Part shown: positions 44,170 through 52,935 of the stretch, piece by piece | How positions within the stretch are numbered: the first letter of the stretch is position 1 | How the letters are laid out: each line of letters opens with the position of its first letter | Source: Candidatus Woesearchaeota archaeon | GTDB lineage: Archaea > Nanobdellota > Nanobdellia > Woesearchaeales > ARS49 | Direction of reading: 5' to 3' | Length of the DNA stretch: 55,695 bases | NCBI GenBank assembly: GCA_038884975.1 | Contig: JAWAAW010000004.1 | Location: 1-55,695 of the forward strand | Program-made: the position numbers and the translations under genes | Notes under the pieces: generated by a model | What the model saw: only the letters and a program-made list of their open reading frames with translations | Databases searched by the model: none | Told to the model about the DNA's origin: nothing

Positions 44170-44937
44170 TCACCTTTGAATCTTTTTGCGCAGTTCCTTT
44201 GCCTTTTCCTGCGCAAGGTCTATCATTGACATGATTTCCTCAACGGTAAGGGGTGTTTCTCCGCCTTTCTGCATTGCGCAAAGCATGTCTTTTTCATTGA
44301 ACGCGACAGTGAGGCGAGCATCTGCCACTGCTTCCTCCTCAGGTAATGGGTCAACGAGCAAATGATCGCCAATCCTCAACACAGTCACCTCAACAGGAAC
44401 CTGCAATAACGGCAGTTTCTTGTTTGTCTTCTTGCCATAATCAACAACGCCTTCCTCATCAATTTCAGGAAAGACTGCATCCTTCAATGCACCAACTGCG
44501 GCAAGCGCAGCAGCATCAAGAAGATTTCCTGCATCATTTATTGTGCAGATGTCAATCATGACGCTCCACACTTTTTCCTTTTCCTTGATGCAGAGCTTTG
44601 TAAGGTCTATTGCCTTGGATTCCCTTATTCCTCTGTCAACAACCCTTGCGAGCTCTGTTGCCTGGTCGCCAGGAGGTCCTGTTTCAAAAAGCGGACTGCT
44701 CATTGGTGTGAGTTCTGCATTTACCATCAGATTGCCCTGGTCAGGAGTGTCGGGATACGGTTCCTCAACACCCAGCTTGACACCAGCAAGGACTTCGGTC
44801 CCTCCAATCCTTACACGAGCGCTTCCTTCTGCCATGTGAGAAACTCCGAACTCAACAGTCACAGGCCTGAACTCGCCCATTTTCCTGCCGTCATACCTCA
44901 GTCCTTTCGTGATATATTTTAGAATGTGTTCCTTCAT
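44170..44937 (-). CDS. rrp42: exosome complex component Rrp42
   Basis: RNase PH-like: LRYDGRKMGEFRPV, AEGSARVRIGGTEVLAGVKL, ELARVVDRGIRES. Confidence 0.9.
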   Translation of the reverse strand: MKEHILKYITKGLRYDGRKMGEFRPVTVEFGVSHMAEGSARVRIGGTEVLAGVKLGVEEPYPDTPDQGNLMVNAELTPMSSPLFETGPPGDQATELARVVDRGIRESKAIDLTKLCIKEKEKVWSVMIDICTINDAGNLLDAAALAAVGALKDAVFPEIDEEGVVDYGKKTNKKLPLLQVPVEVTVLRIGDHLLVDPLPEEEAVADARLTVAFNEKDMLCAMQKGGETPLTVEEIMSMIDLAQEKAKELRKKIQR

Positions 44938-45677
44938 GATTTCACCTTCTTACCAAGAATTTCTGCCCCAAACTTTGCCTTGAGTGCCTCCTGCTGGACC
45001 TTGTAAATTTCCATTGCCTTCTTCTTGGCAAGCTCAAGGACTTTTTTCAGGTCCTCTTTCGGCACCTCGCCATCAAGCTGCAATAATGAGAACCTGTCCA
45101 TTGTCGGAATGTAGGCAACAGGGATGTCGCTAATGCCTATCTCACAATCCTCATAGCCGTCAATGTCAGCCATTATCTGGCCATCATAGTGTCCCATTGA
45201 CAATGCAACAACAAGGTCCTTCATCTGCAGTCCTGCATCGGCCAATGCCATTGATGCGGCAGTGATTGCAGCGCACCTTGTGCCTGCATCTGTCTCGGGA
45301 AGCTCAACGAACACGTCAACAACCGCGTTCGGGTATTCCTTTAGGTCAAGCACAGGCATCAATGCCTTTGACATCAGCATGCTGATTTCCTGGCTTCTCC
45401 TTCCGCCGCCCGGACGCACGCGTTCACCGTGCCCTGAGAACGGCATCATGTTGTACCTGCACCGCAATATGCCTGTTCCCGGATTCTGCATGAACTTGGG
45501 GTGAAGTTCGCGGGGACCGTAAACCGCTGCATAAGCAACAGTGTGACCAATCCTGAACATTGCACTGCCATCTGCCCGCGGGATTACACCAACTTTTCCT
45601 TCAATTGGTCTTAATTCCTCCCATTTCCTGCCGTCATGGCGCTTGGGATATGCCTGCTTTACTGCTTTTGCTGCCAT
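44934..45677 (-). CDS. rrp41: exosome complex exonuclease Rrp41
   Basis: RHDGRKWEELRPIEGKVGVIPRADGSAMF, phosphate-binding GGRRSQEI. Start trimmed to ATG 45677. Confidence 0.9.
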   Translation of the reverse strand: MAAKAVKQAYPKRHDGRKWEELRPIEGKVGVIPRADGSAMFRIGHTVAYAAVYGPRELHPKFMQNPGTGILRCRYNMMPFSGHGERVRPGGGRRSQEISMLMSKALMPVLDLKEYPNAVVDVFVELPETDAGTRCAAITAASMALADAGLQMKDLVVALSMGHYDGQIMADIDGYEDCEIGISDIPVAYIPTMDRFSLLQLDGEVPKEDLKKVLELAKKKAMEIYKVQQEALKAKFGAEILGKKVKS

Positions 45678-45678
45678 T

Positions 45679-46506
45679 TTAACCCTGCCTCCTTGGACCG
45701 CTGAAGCGCCTTGGACCATGCTTTGCGTGCGGTCTGCGTTCCCTGAATTCTCTCTGCGGCGGCTCGTGACTCTCCACTGGCTCAGGCATGCCTGCTGGAA
45801 TCTCAACCTGTTTGCCTGTTAGTTGTTCAAGGTATGACTTGATTCGTTCAGTAAGCCCCGGCAGGTGCGCTTCCTCTTCTACTTTCTTTATTGCCTGCAC
45901 TGCCTGTATTTCCTGCTCCGGACTTGGCCCTTCAATCCATATCCAGCCGTTCTGGCCGACAGAGATATTGCAGCCAGTGGCATTCTTTATCATCAAGACC
46001 ATGCTTCCATCCTTTCCAATCACCCTCGGCACCTTGTGCGGGTTGACTTCAACAAGCCTTCCATCCTTGAGCTTCCTAAGCCCGGGACCTTTCATTGTGA
46101 CATCAATAAGCTTCTGGCTCGTGACATTGATGACTTTGCAAAGTACGTAATCACCAAGGGCATAATACTGCGTCAGGTCAGCAGTTCTTGGAATGAATTC
46201 TGTCGTTGCATCCTTCAGCCCAAGGACTGCGCTGTACGGGCTTCGCATTTCAACGCGCCAGCCAGTCATAAGCACGTCAATTATTTTTCCAATCACCTTA
46301 TCATTGAGCTTTGGGATATACACGCCCGTAAGAGGAATAAGCTTGATGACTTTTCCTTCTATGCCTATCATTCCAAGACGGGCAGCGTATATCTTTACAC
46401 CCTCCCTGTAAAGCCCCTTGCTCGGAAGAAAACCCATCCCCTCTGCGACAACCTCGCCGGGAACGACTATGTCTCTTTCCTTAACATTTAATTTTTCATC
46501 ACTCAT
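45679..46506 (-). CDS. rrp4: exosome RNA-binding subunit Rrp4 (S1 + KH) with basic/Pro-rich tail
   Basis: N-terminal domain, S1 barrel (GDYVLCKVINV), KH (KVPRVIGKDGSMV), and an extra ~40-aa tail. Confidence 0.88.
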   Translation of the reverse strand: MSDEKLNVKERDIVVPGEVVAEGMGFLPSKGLYREGVKIYAARLGMIGIEGKVIKLIPLTGVYIPKLNDKVIGKIIDVLMTGWRVEMRSPYSAVLGLKDATTEFIPRTADLTQYYALGDYVLCKVINVTSQKLIDVTMKGPGLRKLKDGRLVEVNPHKVPRVIGKDGSMVLMIKNATGCNISVGQNGWIWIEGPSPEQEIQAVQAIKKVEEEAHLPGLTERIKSYLEQLTGKQVEIPAGMPEPVESHEPPQREFRERRPHAKHGPRRFSGPRRQG

Positions 46507-46525
46507 TTCGTTTCACTCCGTGTTT

Positions 46526-47224
46526 TTATCCGTTAACCCTGATTACCTTTGACACCAGCTCTCCGTGAGTAAGAGCATTTAGCTTGTCATAGAGCTCCTG
46601 TTCCATACCCCCTGGGACCTCAATGATTCCCTTCCAGGAACCATCATTCTGCCATTCCTCCTTCACTATCTTGCCAAACATTCTCAGAGTGTTGTGGGAT
46701 TTTGAGGCATACTGCGCAGGAATGGTAAGCTCTATCTCCTTTGTTTCAAACTTGATTGGCAATATTGGTCTTAGTGCCTTGAGCACGTCCTGCACCTGCT
46801 GTTCTGCAGGCTTGAATTCGTCAATGCGAACCTTTGCCTCTGCCATTGCAGACTCTATCCTTTGTGCAGGGTGCGGCGCGTGCGTCCTCGGGTCAACACC
46901 ATTACGCCTGATGAACTCAACAACCTGCCTCTTCTTCTGTTCGAGGAGCTTCTGCCTGTATTCCGCAGTGACTTGTATGTTTCCTTCAGCAATAATTTTC
47001 TTGGCAACTTCAAGGGGGTCAGAGGTTCCGAATACTGCCTGCATCCTCTGTTCTGATGCAAGCATGCCCTTTTTTGCGTCGCTGAATATCTTTTGAACGC
47101 GCAGGGCATCCTTTATGTCAGCCTTGCCGTGCCTTGCCGCAATTGCTGTTTCAGGCTCAACGACTATTTCGAAGACATCGCTGCCTTTCTTGAGGCGGGC
47201 TGTGTTAATGTGTTCTTCTGTCAT
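46526..47224 (-). CDS. SBDS-family ribosome maturation protein (Sdo1)
   Basis: ARLKKGSDVFEIVVEPE, IFSDAKKG, three-domain length of 232 aa, and conserved position in the exosome superoperon. Confidence 0.9.
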   Translation of the reverse strand: MTEEHINTARLKKGSDVFEIVVEPETAIAARHGKADIKDALRVQKIFSDAKKGMLASEQRMQAVFGTSDPLEVAKKIIAEGNIQVTAEYRQKLLEQKKRQVVEFIRRNGVDPRTHAPHPAQRIESAMAEAKVRIDEFKPAEQQVQDVLKALRPILPIKFETKEIELTIPAQYASKSHNTLRMFGKIVKEEWQNDGSWKGIIEVPGGMEQELYDKLNALTHGELVSKVIRVNG

Positions 47225-47226
47225 GA

Positions 47227-47985
47227 TTACTTTTTCTTTATGTCCTTAAGCACCCGCTCAATGTTCTGCCGCGGCACTTCCTTGAACTGCCTTTCATCAG
47301 TCCTTATGTACGCAGCGGCAATGCGTTCCACTGAGAAATTCTTGTCCAGCACTTGGTTAAGCGCGCGGAGGGCAAGCTTCAGCCCCTCTTCTATGGTCAG
47401 GTTGTCCTTGTACTCCCTGCCAAGAATTTCCTCTATTTCCTGCTCGCCCTCCCCAATGACTGTTGCCTTGAACTGGAAGAATATTCCTGTCGGGTCTGTC
47501 TCATATATCTTTGGACCGTCATTGTCAATTCCTGCAACAATAAGGCTTACGCCGAATGGTCTCAGTCCGCCTGATTGGGTGCAAACCTGCTTCAATGAGC
47601 AAATATCTTTGACTATGCTGATTGTGTCAACAGGAGTGTCATAAGTGACTGCGTGCTGTTGTGCGCGCACCTGCGCCCTCTCAACAAGAACCCTTGCATC
47701 AGAAATAATTCCAGACGCAGTGACTGCAATGTGGTCGTCAATCTTGAAAATCTTTTCGACCGATTCTGGAATGACTAGTTTGTCAACAATGCGCTTGTCA
47801 GCGACGAGCAAAACGCCGTCAGAACAAACAAGCCCTATGGCAGTGCTACCCTGCCTTACTGTCTTTTTTGCATATTCAACCTGAAGCAGCCTTCCGTCAG
47901 GGCTGAACATCGTGATTGCCCTGTCATACCCCATTAGCTGGTGGGGCATTGGCTGCGCTGCTGCCTCTTCTTCTCCTTTCTTCAT
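47227..47985 (-). CDS. psmA: proteasome subunit alpha
   Basis: GYDRAITMFSPDGRLLQVEYA N-terminal signature. Start trimmed to ATG 47985, just after the Pop5 stop at 47993. Confidence 0.92.
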   Translation of the reverse strand: MKKGEEEAAAQPMPHQLMGYDRAITMFSPDGRLLQVEYAKKTVRQGSTAIGLVCSDGVLLVADKRIVDKLVIPESVEKIFKIDDHIAVTASGIISDARVLVERAQVRAQQHAVTYDTPVDTISIVKDICSLKQVCTQSGGLRPFGVSLIVAGIDNDGPKIYETDPTGIFFQFKATVIGEGEQEIEEILGREYKDNLTIEEGLKLALRALNQVLDKNFSVERIAAAYIRTDERQFKEVPRQNIERVLKDIKKK

Positions 47986-47992
47986 TTCATCA

Positions 47993-48346
47993 TCACCCTG
48001 CAGTGTATTTTGTTGCCTTTTTGAGCGAGCCTGAGACGCCAATACTTCGCACAATCACGGGCGTGCTGTCAATCTCTGTGATTGTTGCAAGCCCTGCCTT
48101 GAGATCGTCCACGTGCTTGTGGCTCACGCGTACAATCCCTTTTTGCAATACGGCGTTATACTTTTCAGGAAGAAGCAAGATGCCTGCTTGTGCAACACCC
48201 TTTGTGCCGGTGAATGAGAGCATTCCCTGCCATATTGCCTTTGAAACTCCCGAAAACGCCTTAATTTTGTTCTTGGAGATGATTTCAAATGCCAAATATC
48301 GCTTTTTTTCCCTCAAACTTGGCAAAATTGCCTTAATCTTTGCCAT
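47993..48346 (-). CDS. RNase P protein component 2 (Pop5/Rnp2)
   Basis: LPSLREKKRYLAFEII... N-terminus, 117 aa, superoperon position. TATA ttataaagg lies about 25 nt upstream. Confidence 0.85.
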   Translation of the reverse strand: MAKIKAILPSLREKKRYLAFEIISKNKIKAFSGVSKAIWQGMLSFTGTKGVAQAGILLLPEKYNAVLQKGIVRVSHKHVDDLKAGLATITEIDSTPVIVRSIGVSGSLKKATKYTAG

Positions 48347-48535
48347 CTGGCCTCTTCACCTTTATAACACCGTTCATTGGTGAGAAAAACATCAAAACAA
48401 CCTTTGCGTCCCTTTTCTCACTTGCAGTTCTGGGATGTGGAGGGTGTTTATATAGGTTGCGGTCATCAAGATTTAGGTATTTTATTTACCTATTGGTAGT
48501 AAAATTAATAAAGGGGTTTTACTTTTTTCAACGTC

Positions 48536-48943
48536 ATGAACAAATACAACGGAGTTTACAGCATTATTGTGGTGGATGATGAGCCATTAGTCCGAAAACT
48601 TCTAACAGCTTGTTGCAAAACCGGCGCACATGAAAGAAACCATTCGATAATTGAATACGAAAATGGCGAGGCTGCATGGGAATACATTCGCGCACTGGAA
48701 AAGGCACCCAATCTGCTTGTCACTGATTATGCTATGCCAAGAATGAATGGCAAAAACCTGATTATTAATTCACGCCAAAAATTTTCCAACCTTGATGTTA
48801 TTCTCGTTTCAGGCGGAACCGACGGGGAAGGGACTCCTCAGGAGATAGCAGACAAGCTGAATGTTGATTTCATGCCAAAACCACTTCCAAGCATTGACGC
48901 ATTTGTTGCACTCGTGAGAAAATATGCTGCAAAAGAGCAGTGA
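48536..48943 (+). CDS. stand-alone response-regulator receiver domain protein
   Basis: IIVVDDEPLVRKLL, LLVTDYAMPRMNG, ILVSG, PKP. Confidence 0.85.
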   Translation: MNKYNGVYSIIVVDDEPLVRKLLTACCKTGAHERNHSIIEYENGEAAWEYIRALEKAPNLLVTDYAMPRMNGKNLIINSRQKFSNLDVILVSGGTDGEGTPQEIADKLNVDFMPKPLPSIDAFVALVRKYAAKEQ

Positions 48944-48976
48944 GATTTATAAGCGCCTGCCAATAACCTCTCCCGT

Positions 48977-49333
48977 ATGAGTGAAGATAAGCAGGTATGG
49001 GTAGTTGATTCTGAAGAAATGGAAAACAGAATACGCGCTGAGCTCTCACAAATTCCTAAAGCAAGAATTGTTTGTTTCAGGAATGTATGCCATGCTATAG
49101 ATACCTTGCGCAAAGGGCACAAACCCAAATTAATCCTTTGCAATCATCACGCTGCAGACCTGATCCTTGAGATTGCATACCAACAATCAAAGTACGCTGG
49201 AATCAATACGGCATATATCTCTGCGCAGAACCTCTCCCTGCTTGCCGAGTCTCACGGCGCAGGATACATCCGCATGGACGAAAAAGGCAACTTTAATGGT
49301 CTTTCTGATTATGTAAGAAAACAGCTTGAGTAA
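48977..49333 (+). CDS. receiver-like (pseudo-receiver) domain protein
   Basis: Receiver-like beta-alpha periodicity (VWVVDSEE...KLILCNHH...). Asn sits where the phospho-acceptor Asp is expected. TATA atttataag lies about 25 nt upstream. Confidence 0.55.
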   Translation: MSEDKQVWVVDSEEMENRIRAELSQIPKARIVCFRNVCHAIDTLRKGHKPKLILCNHHAADLILEIAYQQSKYAGINTAYISAQNLSLLAESHGAGYIRMDEKGNFNGLSDYVRKQLE

Positions 49334-49347
49334 TCATTTCTCCAAAA

Positions 49348-49360
49348 CCTTTTTAATATG
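49348..49360 (+). promoter_or_regulatory. TATA box for tRNA-Lys
   Basis: cctttttaatatg ends 25 nt before the tRNA 5' end (49385). Confidence 0.55.
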
Positions 49361-49384
49361 ATTATTGATTTTCGTGATCTCACT

Positions 49385-49475
49385 GGGCCCTTAGCTCAGC
49401 CTGGCAGAGCATTCGGCTCTTACGCATTTTGGTGAAGAAACCGAATGGTCAAGGGTTCAAATCCCTTAGGGCCCG
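49385..49475 (+). tRNA. tRNA-Lys (anticodon CTT) with a 17-nt canonical-position intron
   Basis: Acceptor GGGCCCT/AGGGCCC, D arm GCTC-AGCCTGGCA-GAGC, anticodon stem TTCGG/CCGAA. The loop CTCTTA|A is interrupted after position 37 by cgcattttggtgaagaa (49423-49439), whose AAGA can pair with TCTT of the anticodon loop. T arm AAGGG-TTCAAAT-CCCTT. Confidence 0.88.
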
Positions 49476-49478
49476 TCA

Positions 49479-50222
49479 ATGAAAAAAAGAACAATAGTGA
49501 TTGCTTTTGCACTGCTGTTTCTTGCGGCCTGTGTCCCAAAGCCAGAGCCTTATGTGCTTGAAGAGAGAAAGCCTGCGCCCAACATAATGCAGGAAATCCA
49601 GCAGATAGAAGAACAGGCAAGAGAACACGTGCATGAAAAGCTTGCTGAACAAGAACAAGAAAAGCAGGAACAACAGCAACGGGAAGCACAGCAAGAGGAG
49701 CAGAAACCAGCAGAAGAACCAACAACCAAAATCACGATACAGCAAGAAATGGACAAATCAACAAAAGACCTTGGACTTTATCCCTCATTCTTCATGGACG
49801 GCGCAAACTTCAAGACAAACTTTATCACGGTGGTTGGTGATGAGGCGCCATCAAGCTATGTCGTGGCTGTTTCAAACCTTATGGCGCGAACGCCGGGAAG
49901 CAAGCCAATAGGATTCAGCATGCTCGCAAGCGAGATAAAAGACCTCTCAAGATACAATGCAATTATTGTCGGAAATGCCTGCAACAACGAGGTTGTTGCC
50001 CGCCTGCTGAACAATCCTTCACCGTGCGAGTCAGCACCTTTGCCGCAAAACAAGGGGCTTATCAGGCTTTACGAGTCACAGAACGGAAACAAAGCAATAC
50101 TTGTTGCAGGAAAAACAGATTCTCTCGTGATATCTGCAGTAAATGCAATTGGAACAGACGACTTTAAACGGGTAACAGGCAGCGAGATTTGCGTGCAGGG
50201 AACAACCCTTGTGCAGTGCTGA
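49479..50222 (+). CDS. lipoprotein with Q/E-rich linker, unknown function
   Basis: MKKRTIVIAFALLFLAAC lipobox and an EQEQEKQEQQQREAQQEEQK linker. The ATG is 4 nt after the tRNA-Lys 3' end. Confidence 0.65.
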   Translation: MKKRTIVIAFALLFLAACVPKPEPYVLEERKPAPNIMQEIQQIEEQAREHVHEKLAEQEQEKQEQQQREAQQEEQKPAEEPTTKITIQQEMDKSTKDLGLYPSFFMDGANFKTNFITVVGDEAPSSYVVAVSNLMARTPGSKPIGFSMLASEIKDLSRYNAIIVGNACNNEVVARLLNNPSPCESAPLPQNKGLIRLYESQNGNKAILVAGKTDSLVISAVNAIGTDDFKRVTGSEICVQGTTLVQC

Positions 50223-50386
50223 GCAGGATTTCCGAAAGGTTTATTTTCTCTTCAGCCTCTTTTAGGATGAATGGGTGTTTTTGACAGGAAAACATGTGCT
50301 GATTACCTTAAAGAAATAAGGGGAAGACTTGAAATCATTGCATCATACCCTGATCAGATTCCATCGCGGCTGCGGGAATTGCCCTT

Positions 50387-50707
50387 CTAAGTGCCGCAAG
50401 AGCACAAGCAAAAAGAGTGAGGACAATTCTCAAAAAAATCAGCACGCTCAACCAAAAGGCAGCGAGCGGACTGCATAATGCGTTGTTGCTGATAGAAGGC
50501 GCTGACACGCTTGACAAGTATGCAACGATAAAGCCGCGGGCAGCGCTTGCCCTGAAGTTCCTCGTTTTCATACACCTCCCTGAAATCAGGGCTTCTGAAG
50601 TAGTCGTATGCAATATACCCGCCTACTGTGATTGCGCCGATAAAATATAACCCTGCATTGAGGACCTTTCTTCGGTCAGAATCAAAACCTTGCTGCCTCC
50701 TTGCCAT
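50387..50707 (-). CDS. possible small membrane protein; reading frame uncertain
   Basis: MARRQQGFDSDRRKVLNAGLYFIGAITVGGYIAYDYF has a good TM helix and a TATA-like box about 30 nt upstream. The downstream part looks non-protein-like, while an overlapping frame (50335..50613) encodes another TM helix. Confidence 0.3.
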   Translation of the reverse strand: MARRQQGFDSDRRKVLNAGLYFIGAITVGGYIAYDYFRSPDFREVYENEELQGKRCPRLYRCILVKRVSAFYQQQRIMQSARCLLVERADFFENCPHSFCLCSCGT

Positions 50708-50815
50708 CTTCACCACAAAACACGGCATTTGCCATGTCAATAAAAGCCTTTGCACAAGCCCACTGTGACAAAAAAATCATAAAATTAATATATTAGTTAT
50801 TACTAATTAGTGGCT

Positions 50816-51466
50816 ATGAACTCAGAACTTGAGATTGCAGTGGACCAGAAAGTAAAGCCAATTGTTGCCGATGCAATGCAGAAGTTCCTCGGCGTCAAGG
50901 TAGCAAACATTGAAACAGACATAACTGACCAGCTCAAAAACTCAACACTTCTGGATATTCCTGTAAATACAAAACTGCCGTACAAGCAGGCAAAAAAGGC
51001 ATTCAAAAGGGCATACCTGATGAGGCTCCTGAAAATACACCTTGGAAACATCTCAACAGCGGCATCAATCGCAGGGGTTGACCGGAGGAGCATACACAGG
51101 CTGATATTGTCCCTGAATGTTCCAGTCATGAAACTACGCGAGGACTCAGAACCTTCTTATGTACGCCGGGCAGCAGTGCAGAGCATTATTCTGGGAGTCC
51201 TTGACCACTACAAATCCGCCTTGAACCCTATTAAATACAAGGCACTTTCTGCACAGGCAGGAGTTATGTCTGAGGACATCGTGAAGGAGCTACCAACGTC
51301 ACAATTAACCCTTAAGGATGCAGAACACGCCTTTGAAAAAGCATATTTAAGCCAGTTAATGAAAGAATGTCCAACCATTGCCCATGCTGCAAGACAGGCA
51401 AAACTGCGCTATGAAGTCCTGCATAGGAAGCTCAAGAACCTTGGAATAAAGGTCCAAAAGGCTTGA
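50816..51466 (+). CDS. protein with two Fis-type (HTH_8) helix-turn-helix domains
   Basis: Two copies of the pattern seen at the C-terminus of NtrC-type regulators: AKKAFKRAYLMRLLKIHLGNISTAASIAGVDRRSIHRLI and AEHAFEKAYLSQLMKECPTIAHAARQAKLRYEVLHRKLKNLGI. Confidence 0.6.
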   Translation: MNSELEIAVDQKVKPIVADAMQKFLGVKVANIETDITDQLKNSTLLDIPVNTKLPYKQAKKAFKRAYLMRLLKIHLGNISTAASIAGVDRRSIHRLILSLNVPVMKLREDSEPSYVRRAAVQSIILGVLDHYKSALNPIKYKALSAQAGVMSEDIVKELPTSQLTLKDAEHAFEKAYLSQLMKECPTIAHAARQAKLRYEVLHRKLKNLGIKVQKA

Positions 51467-51610
51467 TTTAAGGTAAATAAAATGGCGTTTTTCTTCGTCA
51501 ATAAGGGCTTAAAACGGCAATATGACAAAAGTGTCACAGCAGGCGTGGGTAAAACGAAAGGTTTAAATATTAGTGCTACTTTTAGGTAGTTACAAATATG
51601 GGGGTGTCTT

Positions 51611-52030
51611 ATGGCATTCATTCACAAAAACGTTAACAGTGCATTGATGCTCCTCATTGCATTCCTATCAGTCACACTCGCGACTGTCACGGTTTACAGC
51701 GTTGAAGCATTTGATAACATAAACAGCATTGCTTCAGAACAGGCAATGCGTGCTGATGAGCTTCAGAAGCAGCTTGCAGAAAAGGAAGCCATGACTGACA
51801 GCCTCAAGCAGGCTGCACAGCTTACACAGGAACGTGAACAGGCTCTCGCAACATTGCTTGAGCAGCAGCGTCAGGAAGCACAGAAGCAAACTGAAAATAC
51901 TGTGACTATTGACGCTTCACAGACTGCCCAAACAACTGCAAAGCAAACATCCTCTGCAACTGTGCCTTACAACCCGTACCGTAACAGGTATGTCTGGCCC
52001 TGGATGGCTCAGAAGAGGTACGTGTACTGA
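51611..52030 (+). CDS. membrane-anchored coiled-coil/Q-rich protein
   Basis: N-terminal TM ALMLLIAFLSVTLATVTVY, then an E/Q/A-rich helix. Confidence 0.5.
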   Translation: MAFIHKNVNSALMLLIAFLSVTLATVTVYSVEAFDNINSIASEQAMRADELQKQLAEKEAMTDSLKQAAQLTQEREQALATLLEQQRQEAQKQTENTVTIDASQTAQTTAKQTSSATVPYNPYRNRYVWPWMAQKRYVY

Positions 52031-52034
52031 TTTT

Positions 52035-52688
52035 TTATTTATCTTTCCCTTGTTTTTCCTGGTATTTTGCAGCCATTTTCTCGGCAAGCCTGTGGGCCTG
52101 GTGCAGGGGTTCTGGGAGCTTGTGCGGGTAAACGATGCATTTCTTCACGATTTCAACTGCAGTGTCAACGCTGAGCAGGTGCCCTGGAGACACAATAACC
52201 GGTTTTGCATGCTCCTTTGTTTTTACAAGCAAACCCCTTACTTCATTGCCAATCATCACCTTGTCATCCACGATTTCGCCAATAAGCACTTTCTTTGCAA
52301 CGCCTATGCACGGCTTTGCTGCCTCAACACCAACATAGCAAGCCAAGCCCGCCCTCATAGGGTGAGCTATGCCGTGGCCGTCAACCATCAAAACGTCGGG
52401 GTCGTGGTCGAGGTCGTAATAAGCCTGCATTATTGCATTGCCCTCCCTAAACGCAAGAAAGCCGGGAATGTAAGGAATCTCTGGCTTTGTCAGAACGTAC
52501 TTGCTTTCCAGGACAGCCATTGTTTTGAAGTCAATCACCACGACAGCGCAGACTGCCTTGTCATCAAAAAAAGCCACGTCAAAGCCAGCAATAGTCCTGA
52601 TGTCATCAATTTTTATGCTGTCCTCTGTCTTGACCTGCCGGGCGGTTTCTCTCAACACATCGCGAAGCTTGTTAGTATCAACCTGCAT
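52035..52688 (-). CDS. nfi: endonuclease V
   Basis: IAGFDVAF, PYIPGFLAFREG, MVDGHGIAHPMRAGLACYVG. Confidence 0.9.
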   Translation of the reverse strand: MQVDTNKLRDVLRETARQVKTEDSIKIDDIRTIAGFDVAFFDDKAVCAVVVIDFKTMAVLESKYVLTKPEIPYIPGFLAFREGNAIMQAYYDLDHDPDVLMVDGHGIAHPMRAGLACYVGVEAAKPCIGVAKKVLIGEIVDDKVMIGNEVRGLLVKTKEHAKPVIVSPGHLLSVDTAVEIVKKCIVYPHKLPEPLHQAHRLAEKMAAKYQEKQGKDK

Positions 52689-52764
52689 TTTTGTCTCTCT
52701 TTTTGAAATTAATTAATCAAGGGCGTTTATAAAGGTGATTTAAAAAGGAATCCTGAATCAGGCG

Positions 52765-52935
52765 TCAGTGCCTTCTCCAGAATCCGCGCCTGTGAATCTG
52801 CTGCTCCAACGGCATCTCTCGGAGTTTCATGTTTTCCTCAAGCTGCCGAATGACGAGATTTGTGTCAGCAGTCCTTAAGTCAAGAAACCCATCTGCAAGC
52901 TTCAATGAGGGCTTGACTTTGGGCTTTTGTTTCAT
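52765..52935 (-). CDS. hypothetical small protein (56 aa), translationally coupled to the upstream gene
   Basis: ATG 52935 overlaps the upstream stop codon (ATGA), with GGAGG 7 nt upstream. Confidence 0.45.
   Translation of the reverse strand: MKQKPKVKPSLKLADGFLDLRTADTNLVIRQLEENMKLREMPLEQQIHRRGFWRRH

Noticed and set aside
50266-50302. A possible C/D-box sRNA (gATGAATG ... CTGA).
   Set aside because: The C box deviates from RUGAUGA, there are no C'/D' boxes, there are no terminal complementary ends, and the length is too short.
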